Below are positions 38,717-50,743 of a stretch of DNA of 50,743 nt, piece after piece. Positions within the stretch are counted from its first letter, which is position 1. Each line of letters opens with the position of its first letter. The notes below the pieces were generated by a model that searched no databases, was not told the DNA's origin, and worked only from the letters and a program-made list of their open reading frames with translations. The DNA comes from Octopus bimaculoides. Lineage: Eukaryota. The stretch covers positions 74,547,636 to 74,598,378 of the forward strand of contig NC_068990.1 of assembly GCF_001194135.2 (NCBI RefSeq), in the 5' to 3' direction. The position numbers and the translations under genes were made by a program.

Positions 38717-41700
38717 CGAATATGACTTTGTGTTCTTATCGTAGATGTATCAGGGTTCTCTATGAAAATGTATTCCTCTCAATGTAATTGTACAGCAATT
38801 CTTCCTTCCTCGTAATTAGCGCAGCGCTTGTGCCATGCTTCAATGTTCGCAGAATAATTAATATCATTCTGAAAAGCTAATGAGGAATAACAAATTGAAT
38901 GCAGAGCAAGTTGTTTTTCTTGCAGAAGACTTGCATAGAACTGCCAACGTGATCTTAGTAAAATGTAATTACCATTTCTAGGTTATTGTACATATATACA
39001 TATATGAATGTGCGTCCTGTGTATATTTATATAAGTACGTGTATAGATGATTGAACTTGCAAGACTAGTCATCTTTCTTTCTGGTTCAAAATCTTCATAG
39101 TGCATTTAAATAAATATATTTCAGCTTTCTACTAAATTACTGGATACTTTACTTTAAGCCTAGGCCCCAATGCTTCAAATTGATATCTGCTTCTACATAT
39201 ATGTATTTATATACGCATATATATATGTGTGTGTGTGTGTGTGTGCGCGCGTGTATGTATATATATATATAGTAGACTTACTTGCAAAAAAGGACGTGTG
39301 CGTTCAATAATGTAATAATACATGTGTATATACATGCATATCAGGGTACAGGACGTTAGAACAATAAACTACAGACAACGGAACGAACACATAGGAAAAC
39401 GGAAAGCCACTTGGAATATCCCTTCATCAGCTGTCTCTATTCTATCTAGACGTTTCGAAGACAAGATAGATAGATAGATAGANNNNNNNNNNNNNNNNNN
39501 NNNNNNNNNNNNNNNNNNNNNNNNNNNNNNNNNNNNNNNNNNNNNNNNNNNNNNNNNNNNNNNNNNNNNNNNNNNNNNNNNNNNNNNNNNNNNNNNNNNN
39601 NNNNNNNNNNNNNNNNNNNNNNNNNNNNNNNNNNNNNNNNNNNNNNNNNNNNNNNNNNNNNNNNNNNNNNNNNNNNNNNNNNNNNNNNNNNNNNNNNNNN
39701 NNNNNNNNNNNNNNNNNNNNNNNNNNNNNNNNNNNNNNNNNNNNNNNNNNNNNNNNNNNNNNNNNNNNNNNNNNNNNNNNNNNNNNNNNNNNNNNNNNNN
39801 NNNNNNNNNNNNNNNNNNNNNNNNNNNNNNNNNNNNNNNNNNNNNNNNNNNNNNNNNNNNNNNNNNNNNNNNNNNNNNNNNNNNNNNNNNNNNNNNNNNN
39901 NNNNNNNNNNNNNNNNNNNNNNNNNNNNNNNNNNNNNNNNNNNNNNNNNNNNNNNNNNNNNNNNNNNNNNNNNNNNNNNNNNNNNNNNNNNNNNNNNNNN
40001 NNNNNNNNNNNNNNNNNNNNNNNNNNNNNNNNNNNNNNNNNNNNNNNNNNNNNNNNNNNNNNNNNNNNNNNNNNNNNNNNNNNNNNNNNNNNNNNNNNNN
40101 NNNNNNNNNNNNNNNNNNNNNNNNNNNNNNNNNNNNNNNNNNNNNNNNNNNNNNNNNNNNNNNNNNNNNNNNNNNNNNNNNNNNNNNNNNNNNNNNNNNN
40201 NNNNNNNNNNNNNNNNNNNNNNNNNNNNNNNNNNNNNNNNNNNNNNNNNNNNATATATATATATATATATATATATATACAAATGTAGATATAGCTTCGT
40301 TACCTTTATGAACTTCTTTCGAATCATATCTTCAAAGATATTGAACTTAAGCCTTGCCTAAGACAGATATTTTCTCAAGACGAATACCGCAGTATGGCTT
40401 TCCTTTTGTGCATTCAATTTAAATGTGATATACCGATTGCTATTTGGAACTAATATTGCTTCCGTCGCTAAAAACGAAATTCTATTTAGATTTCTCATCC
40501 CCTGTTTGATTAATGTATCGCTTTTGAACAACTCCTTCTAACTCAGCTTTCTCACTACTTAGTCTTACAAAATTTGCTTGCCAATGGCTGGACTGCTTAC
40601 ACCGTTTGACTAACAGTTCTACCTTCTCTCTTATCTTTCTTTCCACTTGGCATCTTTTCTCTCTCTGCTATACTCTTTATTACTCCCTTCGCCTTCCTCT
40701 AGAGCCCTATGCGCTTCAAGGCAAACTTCTTTCGCCCTACTAACAAAGTAATCTCCTACGAGTTTCTTTGACCATCTCCTCCTACTTACTTCTGTGCTCT
40801 TTATTAAATCTCTCTATCATTTTTCTCAACCTATCTAAATTTGTCAATGCCGAGATTCTTTTATACACACTTCTTCTCTTTATGCATTCACCAATAGTCT
40901 TCCGAAGATAATATGAATTTGTAACACGAAGATGCTCAGCTATCAAGATTCATACTTGATGATACGATCGTTACCTGTCTTTTTATGAATAATAATAATG
41001 GTCCCTCAGTATTACATCTCTCTCCATAATTTATTATATCAAACAATCACTGATTATTTGAAACAGCTGTAAAGGAAGGACCTATTTACATCGCATAAAT
41101 CGTGTGTACAATTTTTCATATAAATACATTCCTTATATCTATAAATGCTTTTCCGTTGTTCTTGTACATACATATACATACATTTATATACACATACACA
41201 CGTATACACATGTGTTTGAACGCTGTATTATATTCGAAATAATGCATTAGGAAACTTCAGTTGAAAGTCACAATATTTACATAACCTTACATGTACATAA
41301 TCATAAACACGCACATACAATATATTGCATGCATAAACATAATCTTACGCACATATATGCAAATAGACGCAGTAATGTAACTGCTACATTATTGAAGATG
41401 AAATCAATTCAGATACTTACATATAAGCTTTCACTTGCTCTATGAAAAATTTATCATGTTATAAACAGTGACAAGTATTTGATATCAGCTTGTGAGATCG
41501 GCTGTTCAGATAAATTTTGCCATTGCTTTTGTTTGTTACTTTGGAACGTATTTGATCTGGAACGATTGTTTACAGTGATATAATCTTGTTTCATTGCGAA
41601 ATAATGATGTTGATTTACATGTTTAACCATATCAAAAATAATACGGTAGTCTGCAATGGAAATAAATATTTAAGCACTGGAGAGCAATGTGTATGTATGT

Positions 41701-42323
41701 ATGTACGTATGTGTGATTTAGTGTATGCTTGCGTGCGTGTATGTAAGTTTGTACGTACGCACACACACACAAACACACACACATACACACATATAGTATA
41801 TTGATCAGGTACTTTTTCACTAAAAACCTTTTTTACTGTGTTTATATTGTATTTTTTACTAGACTTATTTAATTTTTTTTTAATTATTTTCTGCCATATT
41901 TATACCACCAAAAATGATTTGATTTTCGTATTTCAAAATCTTCCCGAACGAAATGATTTTTCCATCACGTTCAACTAACTAATAGAAATTTGATCATAAC
42001 AATTAATAATTACCTAATTATTGTCTACGTAGCACAATGTTTTAATGAGTGTTATCGAAACAGCTGTATAAAAACTCAAATTTTTAAAATATCAATGAAA
42101 TCACTTGTTATCTTTTTTTTATGCACATATATTTTAGCAGCCGATATACTGCTCTAACCACATAGGTATATTGAAATTTTTCCATTAATTTCTTCATATT
42201 TTCAAATACTTTAACGAAGGAAGGATTACATAATAGACGCGTTATCTATTATATATTACTTAAACCTTAAACTTACGTATTAAATGATTTCAAAATACCG
42301 CCATTTGCTTTGATTTCCTTCTC

Positions 42324-42393
<70 letters not shown>

Positions 42394-42676
42394 TGCGTGT
42401 GTGTGCGCGTGCGTCTGTGTGTGAATAAATAGTTGATAACAGAAACGGAAGATGGATTTAGTATAAAAATTTATTCAACCCGACGCCCGTTTCGACGCAT
42501 CTTGCATCTGTCCCATAGGAAATTGTGGTTGCGTTGCATCAATCAATGCAGGTTTTGTCACTTCAGGCGCTTGGTGTAGAAAAATATTCCACTAGATATA
42601 CTGAGATCTCCTTGGCATGTTCTGGCTAGTTGTACGTTGGTATATATGAAATTATTCAAGGAGGAGGGAGAATGAT

Positions 42677-42945
42677 CTTTGACTGTCAGTAATGTCAGGA
42701 AATGGAGATGGATCGAACTCACACTGCGGAAAGAACTCTCAAATGTGACACGACAAGCACTTGACTGGAACCCGCAGGGGAAAAGGAAGTGAGGACGCCC
42801 GAAGCAGACATGGAAGCGGAGCATTTTAGACGAGCTCAGGACCACCGGCCTGACATGGGAAGCAGCCAAGAAACACGCCAAGGACCACAAAAAGTGGAAA
42901 ATAACTGTTGAGGCCCTATGCTCTAAAAGGGGCAAAAAGGATGAA

Positions 42946-42976
<31 letters not shown>

Positions 42977-43046
42977 AAGAAGAAGAAGAAGAAGAAGAAG
43001 AAGAAGAAGAAGAAGAAGAAGAAGAAGAAGAAGAAGAAGAAGAAGA
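42677..43046 (+). mobile_element. RTE-clade LINE 3' end with (AAG)n tail
   Basis: 42691-42948 reads [14 protein letters not shown]...[23 protein letters not shown]...TW..AK..AKD..KWK..VEALCS, then the (AAG)n tail. Possible 8-bp TSD AGAATGAT at 42669-42676 and 43044-43051. Confidence 0.9.
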
Positions 43047-43057
43047 ATGATTAACTT

Positions 43058-43432
43058 AACGCGGTGGGCTGGCAAAACCATTAGCACGCTGAGTTCAAAT
43101 TCCACTGAGATCCACTTTGCACTTCATCCTTCCTAGGGTCGATGTAATCGACTTACCTCCTCCCCCGAAATTGCTGGCCTTGTGCTAAAATCTGACATCA
43201 ATATACATAATGATTAAGGCGATGAGTTGGCAGGATCATTGGCACGCCGGGCAAAACGCACGGCGAAATTTCGTCCGTCTTTGCATTCTTCCTTCAAATT
43301 CCACTGCAGTCGACTTGGCCTTTCATCCTTTCGGGGTCGATAAAACTAGTAATATTTGAACATTAAGACCAATGTAATTGACTTACACCTTCCCTTGAAA
43401 TTGCTCGCCTTGTGCCAAAATTAGACAGCAAT
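43058..43432 (+). mobile_element. Two tandem SINE group C copies (43058-43204 internally deleted; 43216-43432)
   Basis: Both have the head and the aaattgc..gccttgtg tail. Confidence 0.8.
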
Positions 43433-44003
43433 ATAAATAATGATTAATTTTAACAAATAAATGCGTTTGTTGATATAGCATATACAAAGAACCATATTCA
43501 GTGAAATGCAGTTCCGAAGATAAAAGTTTCTTTGCTTTTGTTCTTCTTTAACCTTAGATCATACGCCGTGTAACAAAATTATGATCAAAGGTCTTTATCA
43601 AATAGTCTTTATCAAATAGTCTTTATCATCGCTACTTTTCCTCACTTTTATTCTTTTCTTCAGATATAATGTAGCTATGACTACATTATCTAATCTCTCA
43701 TTTCACTTTTACCATTGCAGGCTGTGATTTGGGGGAGATATCGCTGCTATTTCTACCAGTTCATGCAACCGCGTAAAGGTTAACTGTTTTGACTGTGCAT
43801 CCTTGGTTGTTGGTGCTGTTGCTGCTGTCAAAGCCATGAACAGTTCAGATCATCAGTGTGTAATAACGTGTTTCAGTTCTCGTTATAATTCAAATTGCGC
43901 TGCTCTAGATTCCAGTCTTAGAATAAAGTACCGTCTTTCTCAATCAGTCCTAGCTCTGAAATACAACGACGATTTAATTATAGGCTGCATATGATGTGAA
44001 ATG

Positions 44004-44257
44004 TGGAGGCGCGTGGCTCAGGGGTTAAGGTGCCGGACTCATGATCATAAGATTATGGGTGATGCGTTGTGTTCTTGAGCAAAACACTTCATTTCATGTT
44101 GCTCTTGTCTACTAAACTGGCAAAAATGAGTAACCCTGCGACGGATCAGTGTCCCGTCCAGGTAGGGAATATATGGAATATATACACCACTGAAACTAGG
44201 AAACTGACCCTTATGAGCCTGGCACGGTACGAGAAGGGAACATTTATTTTTTTATTT
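44004..44257 (+). mobile_element. SINE group A variant with a third 3' body and a 14-bp TSD
   Basis: ggcgcgtggctcag head, ttcttgagcaaaacact, aaccctgcgacgga...gtcccgtccagg body. TATGATGTGAAATG occurs at 43990-44003 and 44258-44271. Confidence 0.85.
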
Positions 44258-44332
44258 TATGATGTGAAATGCGAGGTACCCTATATTAAATTAAATTCAT
44301 TACACATAATCATCTAGATCTTGATAAAGTTG

Positions 44333-44644
44333 TACTCCGTCGGTTATGACGACGAATGTTCCGGTTGATCCGATCAAGAGAACAGCGGGCACGTGATACT
44401 TACGTGCAAGTGGCTGAGCACTCCACAGATGCGCGCATCCTTCAAGTAATTCTCGGGGAGATTCAGCATGATACAGAACGTGATATGGCTTGCCCTTTGA
44501 AATACAGGTACAACTCACTTCTGCCAGTGGAAGGGATTGGAGCAACGTGAAAGAAATGCTTTGCTCAAGGATCACCGCTGGGAATCGAACTCACCAACTG
44601 AGGATCGTGAGCCAAATACCCTAACTACTAAGCCACGTGCCTTC
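44333..44644 (-). mobile_element. SINE group A, full-length and diverged
   Basis: Reverse complement of 46709-47030. Confidence 0.85.
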
Positions 44645-45915
44645 GCCAAACTCTTGATAGATATACACTGAACTTACACTAAACTTCATCAAGCAAAAAA
44701 TTTGCTTTCATAAGCAAATTAGAAACAAGACAAGCCAAAGAAAAAGAAAAGAACAATGAAAAAATAACTATTTTTCCTGAAAAAATAAAGTGAGAAAAAG
44801 GCATAACAAAACAGAAAATTTAGTATTCAAACTCTGTTGTATTCTTTAAAGGTAAAATAGAGAGGATCTGAAGTACTCGCTTTTGAACTTTAATTCGTGC
44901 AAATTGATGCATGACCTCATCATTATTCACCCTTCATATATCTTCATGTACTGGTATTTCAACTCTGCTGCGAGCACCACCCACCCCGTCTTAAGCTTTC
45001 CACTTCACACGCATCTTCCTACATCACTCATCTGAAAATGTCATGACTGTATTGCCAAGCTTGAGTTGGTATGTATAAATGAAGAGATTAGAAGAGACTG
45101 ATATTTCCACGTAAAACCCCAGCAAAATTTATTGTTGCTTTAGTAGCTGTAGTTCCTGTTGTCGTTATTGTAACTGTGTAGCTCCGGTTAGCTTCGTTCA
45201 GACCAGTTAAGAGTATCTGGATTTCGCTGTGGATTTTACCACGCAGAAAAAAAAAACAAAACAAAAAAACTCTCCATTATGGTAAAAGAATTATTTTTCC
45301 AGACATTTAGAAGTTGAAATATGTTACAAACATAATTTAACCAACCCAAAGTTTGCGTATGGCTAATCAATGATGCTTGATACTGATACTGGGTGTAGGT
45401 GTGCATATATGTATATATATATATATNNNNNNNNNNNNNNNNNNNNNNNNNNNNNNNNNNNNNNNNNNNNNNNNNNNNNNNNNNNNNNNNNNNNNNNNNN
45501 NNNNNNNNNNNNNNNNNNNNNNNNNNNNNNNNNNNNNNNNNNNNNNNNNNNNNNNNNNNNNNNNNNNNNNNNNNNNNNNNNNNNNNNNNNNNNNNNNNNN
45601 NNNNNNNNNNNNNNNNNNNNNNNNNNNNNNNNNNNNNNNNNNNNNNNNNNNNNNNNNNNNNNNNNNNNNNNNNNNNNNNNNNNNNNNNNNNNNNNNNNNN
45701 NNNNNNNNNNNNNNNNNNNNNNNNNNNNNNNNNNNNNNNNNNNNNNNNNNNNNNNNNNNNNNNNNNNNNNNNNNNNNNNNNNNNNNNNNNNNNNNNNNNN
45801 NNNNNNNNNNNNNNNNNNNNNNNNNNNNNNNNNNNNNNNNNNNNNNNNNNNNNNNNNNNNNNNNNNNNNNNNNNNNNNNNNNNNNNNNNNNNNNNNNNNN
45901 NNNNNNNNNNNNNNN

Positions 45916-45973
<58 letters not shown>

Positions 45974-46708
45974 CACACATAAACATACCTGTCTATCTAT
46001 CTATCAAGACACACGCACTTTCTTTAAAAAGAAACCGGCATGCGTGTTACTGTGCTGAGGAATGAAGTAGAAAGTTGTAACTCATAGCACATCCTTCATC
46101 GGAAAAACATCAGGAATACAAAAGTAAATATTAAAACACGGACACACTTCCTATGTGGCTTTTAGTTCTAGGCAAACTGTTTCTGCGCTTATGGTGTCAG
46201 ATATGCATAGCAGACATGTAACTCCTCTGTGTTAACTTGTGAAACTTTTAAAACTTTGACTTACGGAGGCATTGCTGAAGACGGCGTCTCTATGTAATAT
46301 TATGCATCTTTAATCAGCTTCAAGAAATGTTTCCCTCTACATTGGGAGTTAATAAACATTTACTTTTCAATTTTTCCGGTTCTTTCACTCTTGCCGCTTA
46401 GCCGAAATAACTAAAGATCCAGTCAACTCATGATCAAATACGTTCCATTGGAAGAATGCCCCAGACGTCTCCTCATTTTATCTCTGATTTTACGATATGA
46501 GAAAATCACATCATTTTACAAAACGATAAGAGTGATTTGGTTGTTATTTCTAGCAGATCTAATGCCATTGAAGGCCTATTGAAATAGCAAATGGATCGAT
46601 TATCTATACATAAAGGGAATGGGTCAGTTTGAGAGTTAAGTGATTAGTGTTAAAATGTGAGCCGTGGATTATCGAACACTTGTTACCAGTCCACTACCCA
46701 CTAAACGT

Positions 46709-47030
46709 GAAGGCACGTAGCTTAGTGGTTAGGTCATTCCGCTCGCGATCGTAAGGTCGTGAGTTCAATTCCTGGCGACGCGTTGTGTCCTTGAGCTAGA
46801 TACTTTGTTTCACGTTGCTCCAGTCCACTCATCTGACAAAAATGAGTAGTACCTGTATTACAAAGGGGCCAGCCTTGTCACACTCAGTGTTACGCTGAAT
46901 CTCCCTGAGAACTACCTTAAAGATACACGTGTCTGAGGAGTGCTCAGCCACTTGCACGTTAATTTCACGAGCAAGCTGCTCCGTTGATCGTATCAGCTGG
47001 GACCCTCGTCGTCGTAACTGACGGAGTGCT
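46709..47030 (+). mobile_element. SINE group A, full-length reference copy
   Basis: A-box tagcttagtgg, B-box gagttcaattcc, CORE-like tccttgagctagatact...gacaaaaatgagta, body ending cgtcgtaactgacggagtgc. Confidence 0.9.
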
Positions 47031-47472
47031 CCTCCCCACTAAGCAAACTACATTCACTCATTCTTAAACTTATTTTGCTCCTAACACAATATATGCCTAC
47101 TTGCATGAATGCGTGAATTTTAGCAATTAGTCGCATTGACGAAATCTGTGAAGAGTTTAGCGACCGATGCTGCAGCGGTTTGTGAGAATATGCGCATATG
47201 TTAACAACAGCATGGTGGTACTGATAACAGCGTGAAGTCAAATCACTCTCGTTCTCTAACCACAGATCGATGATAGATTTTCATCTCCAAATGGCATGTT
47301 GATATCTCTAAATTTCCTTCTAATTAACAGGCTAGTATAGCAATTATTCTCAGAGAATGAGACTGCAGCAGATTTGTCCTTATTGCATTGAGAATGCTGA
47401 TTAAATCAGTTTCAGCCTGACAGTTGGTCTACTAAATTTATCATCGAAACTTATCTATTAACAAAAGTATCT

Positions 47473-47543
47473 CTTCTTCTTCTTCTTCTTCTTCTTCTTC
47501 TTCTTCTTCTTCTTCTTCTTCTTCTTCTTCTTGTTCTTCTTCT
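47473..47543. repeat. (CTT)n microsatellite
   Basis: Direct inspection. Confidence 0.95.
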
Positions 47544-48039
47544 TTATCATCATTCTCCCTCTTCCCCCCTCCTCTCTCTCTCTCTCTGCCACCCCACCTA
47601 CCACCACATATATTCACACTCGCATACACATATATATATATATACACACACACGCACGCACACACTCACACACTCACACAAAACCACCACTCTCACCATT
47701 TGCCACCAGAGCGAATAACGTCGAAGGATGCGAGCTGTATGTTTCAGAAGAATGTCAGTCGTCATTTCATGTGATATAACGAGATAAATGGGAAATTGCA
47801 GTATTGCTTGTCGGAGCATCATGATTCCCAAATATATTTATGCAATCGAGCTTCTAATATATTTATGCCAAAGTATAAATGAAGCTTATTAGATATAAAC
47901 CATAATGGCTTACCATTATGCTAATATATAAATCATTTAAATGCATCGTTCCTTTTGAAAAGACTCCCATCTTAATGGTGCCATTTCAGTATAATCCATG
48001 TTGATTAACCCATTTCTCATTTTATATTTATCCATTTAT

Positions 48040-48442
<403 letters not shown>

Positions 48443-49300
48443 NNNNNNNNNNNNNNNNNNNNNNNNNNNNNNNNNNNNNNNNNNNNNNNNNNNNNNNNNN
48501 NNNNNNNNNNNNNNNNNNNNNNNNNNNNNNNNNNNNNNNNNNNNNNNNNNNNNNNNNNNNNNNNNNNNNNNNNNNNNNNNNNNNNNNNNNNNNNNNNNNN
48601 NNNNNNNNNNNNNNNNNNNNNNNNNNNNNNNNNNNNNNNNNNNNNNNNNNNNNNNNNNNNNNNNNNNNNNNNNNNNNNNNNNNNNNNNNNNNNNNNNNNN
48701 NNNNNNNNNNNNNNNNNNNNNNNNNNNNNNNNNNNNNNNNNNNNNNNNNNNNNNNNNTATATATATATATATATATATATGTATATACACTCACGCACGC
48801 ACGCACGCACACACGCACATGCACACACACATAGATAGATACATATATATATACATACATGCACACATACACACGTACATACATATATACAAACACACAC
48901 ATGTATATATATGCGTATGTATACGTATATATATAAGTGCGTGTATATGTATAGACACAAAGCCAGTCACTGTGACACACACACATATACATACACGATC
49001 ACCCATATAGTTACACAAACACACATGCATATAAAGTCAACATATTCAAGTGGTGTAAATAAGTACGCGGACATTTTCTGCACATGTATGTGTGTGTGTG
49101 TGTGTGTGAGTGTGAGTTCGTATGTGCGTGTGTGTGTGGGCGCGCATGTGTATATAAGTCTTTGTACGTGCATGTGCATTTGTACATAATCACTGTGCAT
49201 TGGCGCGAGAAAACTTTGCAATCGAAGCTGCTGAGGCACCTTTCTAGACTGCAGTTCTCATTTTCGGTGGTGGTTTTCAATTTTATTTCAAATATATATA

Positions 49301-49723
49301 GGCGCAGGAGTGGCTGTGTGGTAAGTAGCTTGCTTACCAGCCACATGGTTCCGGGTTCATTCACACTGCGTGGTACCTTGGGCAAGTGTCTTCCACTATA
49401 GCCTCGGGCCGACCAAAGCCTTGTGAGTGGATTTGGTAGACGGAAACTGAAAGAAGCCCGTCGTATATATGTATATATATATATATATATGTATGTATGT
49501 GTGTGTGTATGTTTGTGTGTCTGTGTTTGTCCTCCCAAAATCGCTTGACAACCGATGGTGGTGTGTTTACGTCCCCGTAACTTAGCGGTTCGGCAAAAGA
49601 GAACCGATAGAATAAGTACTAGGCTTCCAAAGAATAAGAATTGGGGACGATTTGCTCGACTAAAGGCGGTGCTCCAGCATGGCCAAAGTCAAATGACTGA
49701 AACAAGTAAAAGAGTAAAAGAGT
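49301..49723 (+). mobile_element. SINE group B, full-length reference copy
   Basis: ggcgcaggag head with A-box tggctgtgtgg and B-box region, ccttgggcaagtgtctt, internal (TA)(TATG)(TG) tract at about 49464-49520, 3' module, and (AAAAGAGT)2 tail. Confidence 0.9.
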
Positions 49724-49736
49724 ATAAATTTTATAT

Positions 49737-49807
<71 letters not shown>

Positions 49808-49855
49808 CATATGTGTGTGAGTGTGTGTATGTGTGTACATATATAAATATATGTT

Positions 49856-49902
<47 letters not shown>

Positions 49903-50071
49903 CTACATACATACATACATACATACATACATACATACATACATGCATACATGGTTTATGTATGTTTACGTGTGTTTGTTCTTGTGTTTATGCTTCCCCC
50001 GCCACTACTTACTGTCCAGCAAAAGACACTGATGCAATAATTACAGAGCTTATAAATGAAGAAGTATCGGA

Positions 50072-50153
50072 GTCGTTTTGATCGACTAAACCCTTCAAGG
50101 CTGTACTCCACCATGGCCACAGTTCAATAACTGACACAAGTAAAAGACAAAAG
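50072..50153 (+). mobile_element. SINE group B tail fragment
   Basis: cgactaaacccttcaaggc...catggccacag...caagtaaaag. Confidence 0.6.
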
Positions 50154-50703
50154 GGACATCAAATCGTAATAAGATGAAATTGTTTTGAACGACCTCTGTG
50201 CTTAATTGAATAGCTAAGGCTCGTTTCATTGTATGTGTTTGGACAATTTTTTTCATAAGTGTTCATAATGTTGCATAACAATAATTGTCAGTTTATACAT
50301 CAGCCAATCTTATCAAAATTCGAGTTATTTATTAAAAAGATTGTTAGGGGAGTGTTTAGATGTTTGAAGCTGAAGAATGTAATTGTGGGAATTTAGGAGC
50401 TATTACAAGAAAAATGTAAAGCATAGTTATCGCTAGTGATTATGGATTGTAGAAATGAGGGCAGTATCAAGCTGATATATAAGCTAGAATATTGACAAGA
50501 AAAGTATTAAAAATAATGATGAACAACAATTCAAGCATGAATTTGTATTCGTCTCTATCAACAAAACAAAACTTCAAGAAAAGCAATTCAAGAAAAGCAA
50601 TTAAAAGCAAATTAATTAGTGCAATAAGGAAACGTGTAAAAACATATTTTCTATATTTCTATATAACGAAATACGCCCATATACACCACGTATATATATT
50701 TAT

Positions 50704-50743
<40 letters not shown>

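Noticed and set aside
40330-40960. Purine-rich minus strand with RTE-like linker hints (RAKEVC...)
   Set aside because: Too many stops and frameshifts and no diagnostic motif to support a call by eye.
42480-42520. Minus-strand gtcGAAACGGGCGTC motif resembling a Penelope hammerhead 3' half
   Set aside because: No CUGANGA core or stem I partner upstream.
43720-43780. Strong-looking acceptor (ttttaccattgcag) followed by gctgtgatttgggggagat
   Set aside because: The downstream sequence resembles 46531-46570 (gatttggttgttatttctagcag) and is probably a dispersed repeat. The donor is also weak.
46709-46790. tRNA-like sequence with A and B boxes (also at 8400-8472, 44004-44060 and 49301-49370)
   Set aside because: These are SINE heads: no complete cloverleaf, and each continues into a SINE body.

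Overview
AT-rich, repeat-saturated eukaryotic DNA from a fragmented assembly with 15 N-gaps, most bordered by microsatellites. The SINE repertoire and microsatellite load point to a coleoid cephalopod, most likely Octopus (inference from recalled repeat families). No intact protein-coding gene, rRNA, tRNA or CRISPR array is present, and most ORFs in the supplied track are artefacts of microsatellites or N-gaps. The window holds about 30 copies or fragments of three tRNA-derived SINE groups (labelled A, B and C here) and a decayed DD37D/maT Tc1-mariner. It also holds fossil LINE fragments (RLE-type Dong/R4-like and HERO-like, L1/Tx1, CR1-type, RTE), a Helitron RepHel fossil, a non-autonomous Helentron-like element, and an ORF-less ~555 bp element sitting in (AAT)n tracts. 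The most interesting signals are two minimal type I hammerhead-ribozyme folds. One at 33437-33482 (-) lies in a ~190 bp (AAT)n-embedded element. The other at 24655-24697 (+) has a U3-A8 compensatory core and lies in a Penelope-like inverted/tandem repeat. Each carries one probably inactivating mutation in this copy. A few splice-signal-bounded segments (15720-16154, 10201-10224) may be exons of an unrecognised plus-strand host gene. All alignments were done by eye and coordinates are approximate.
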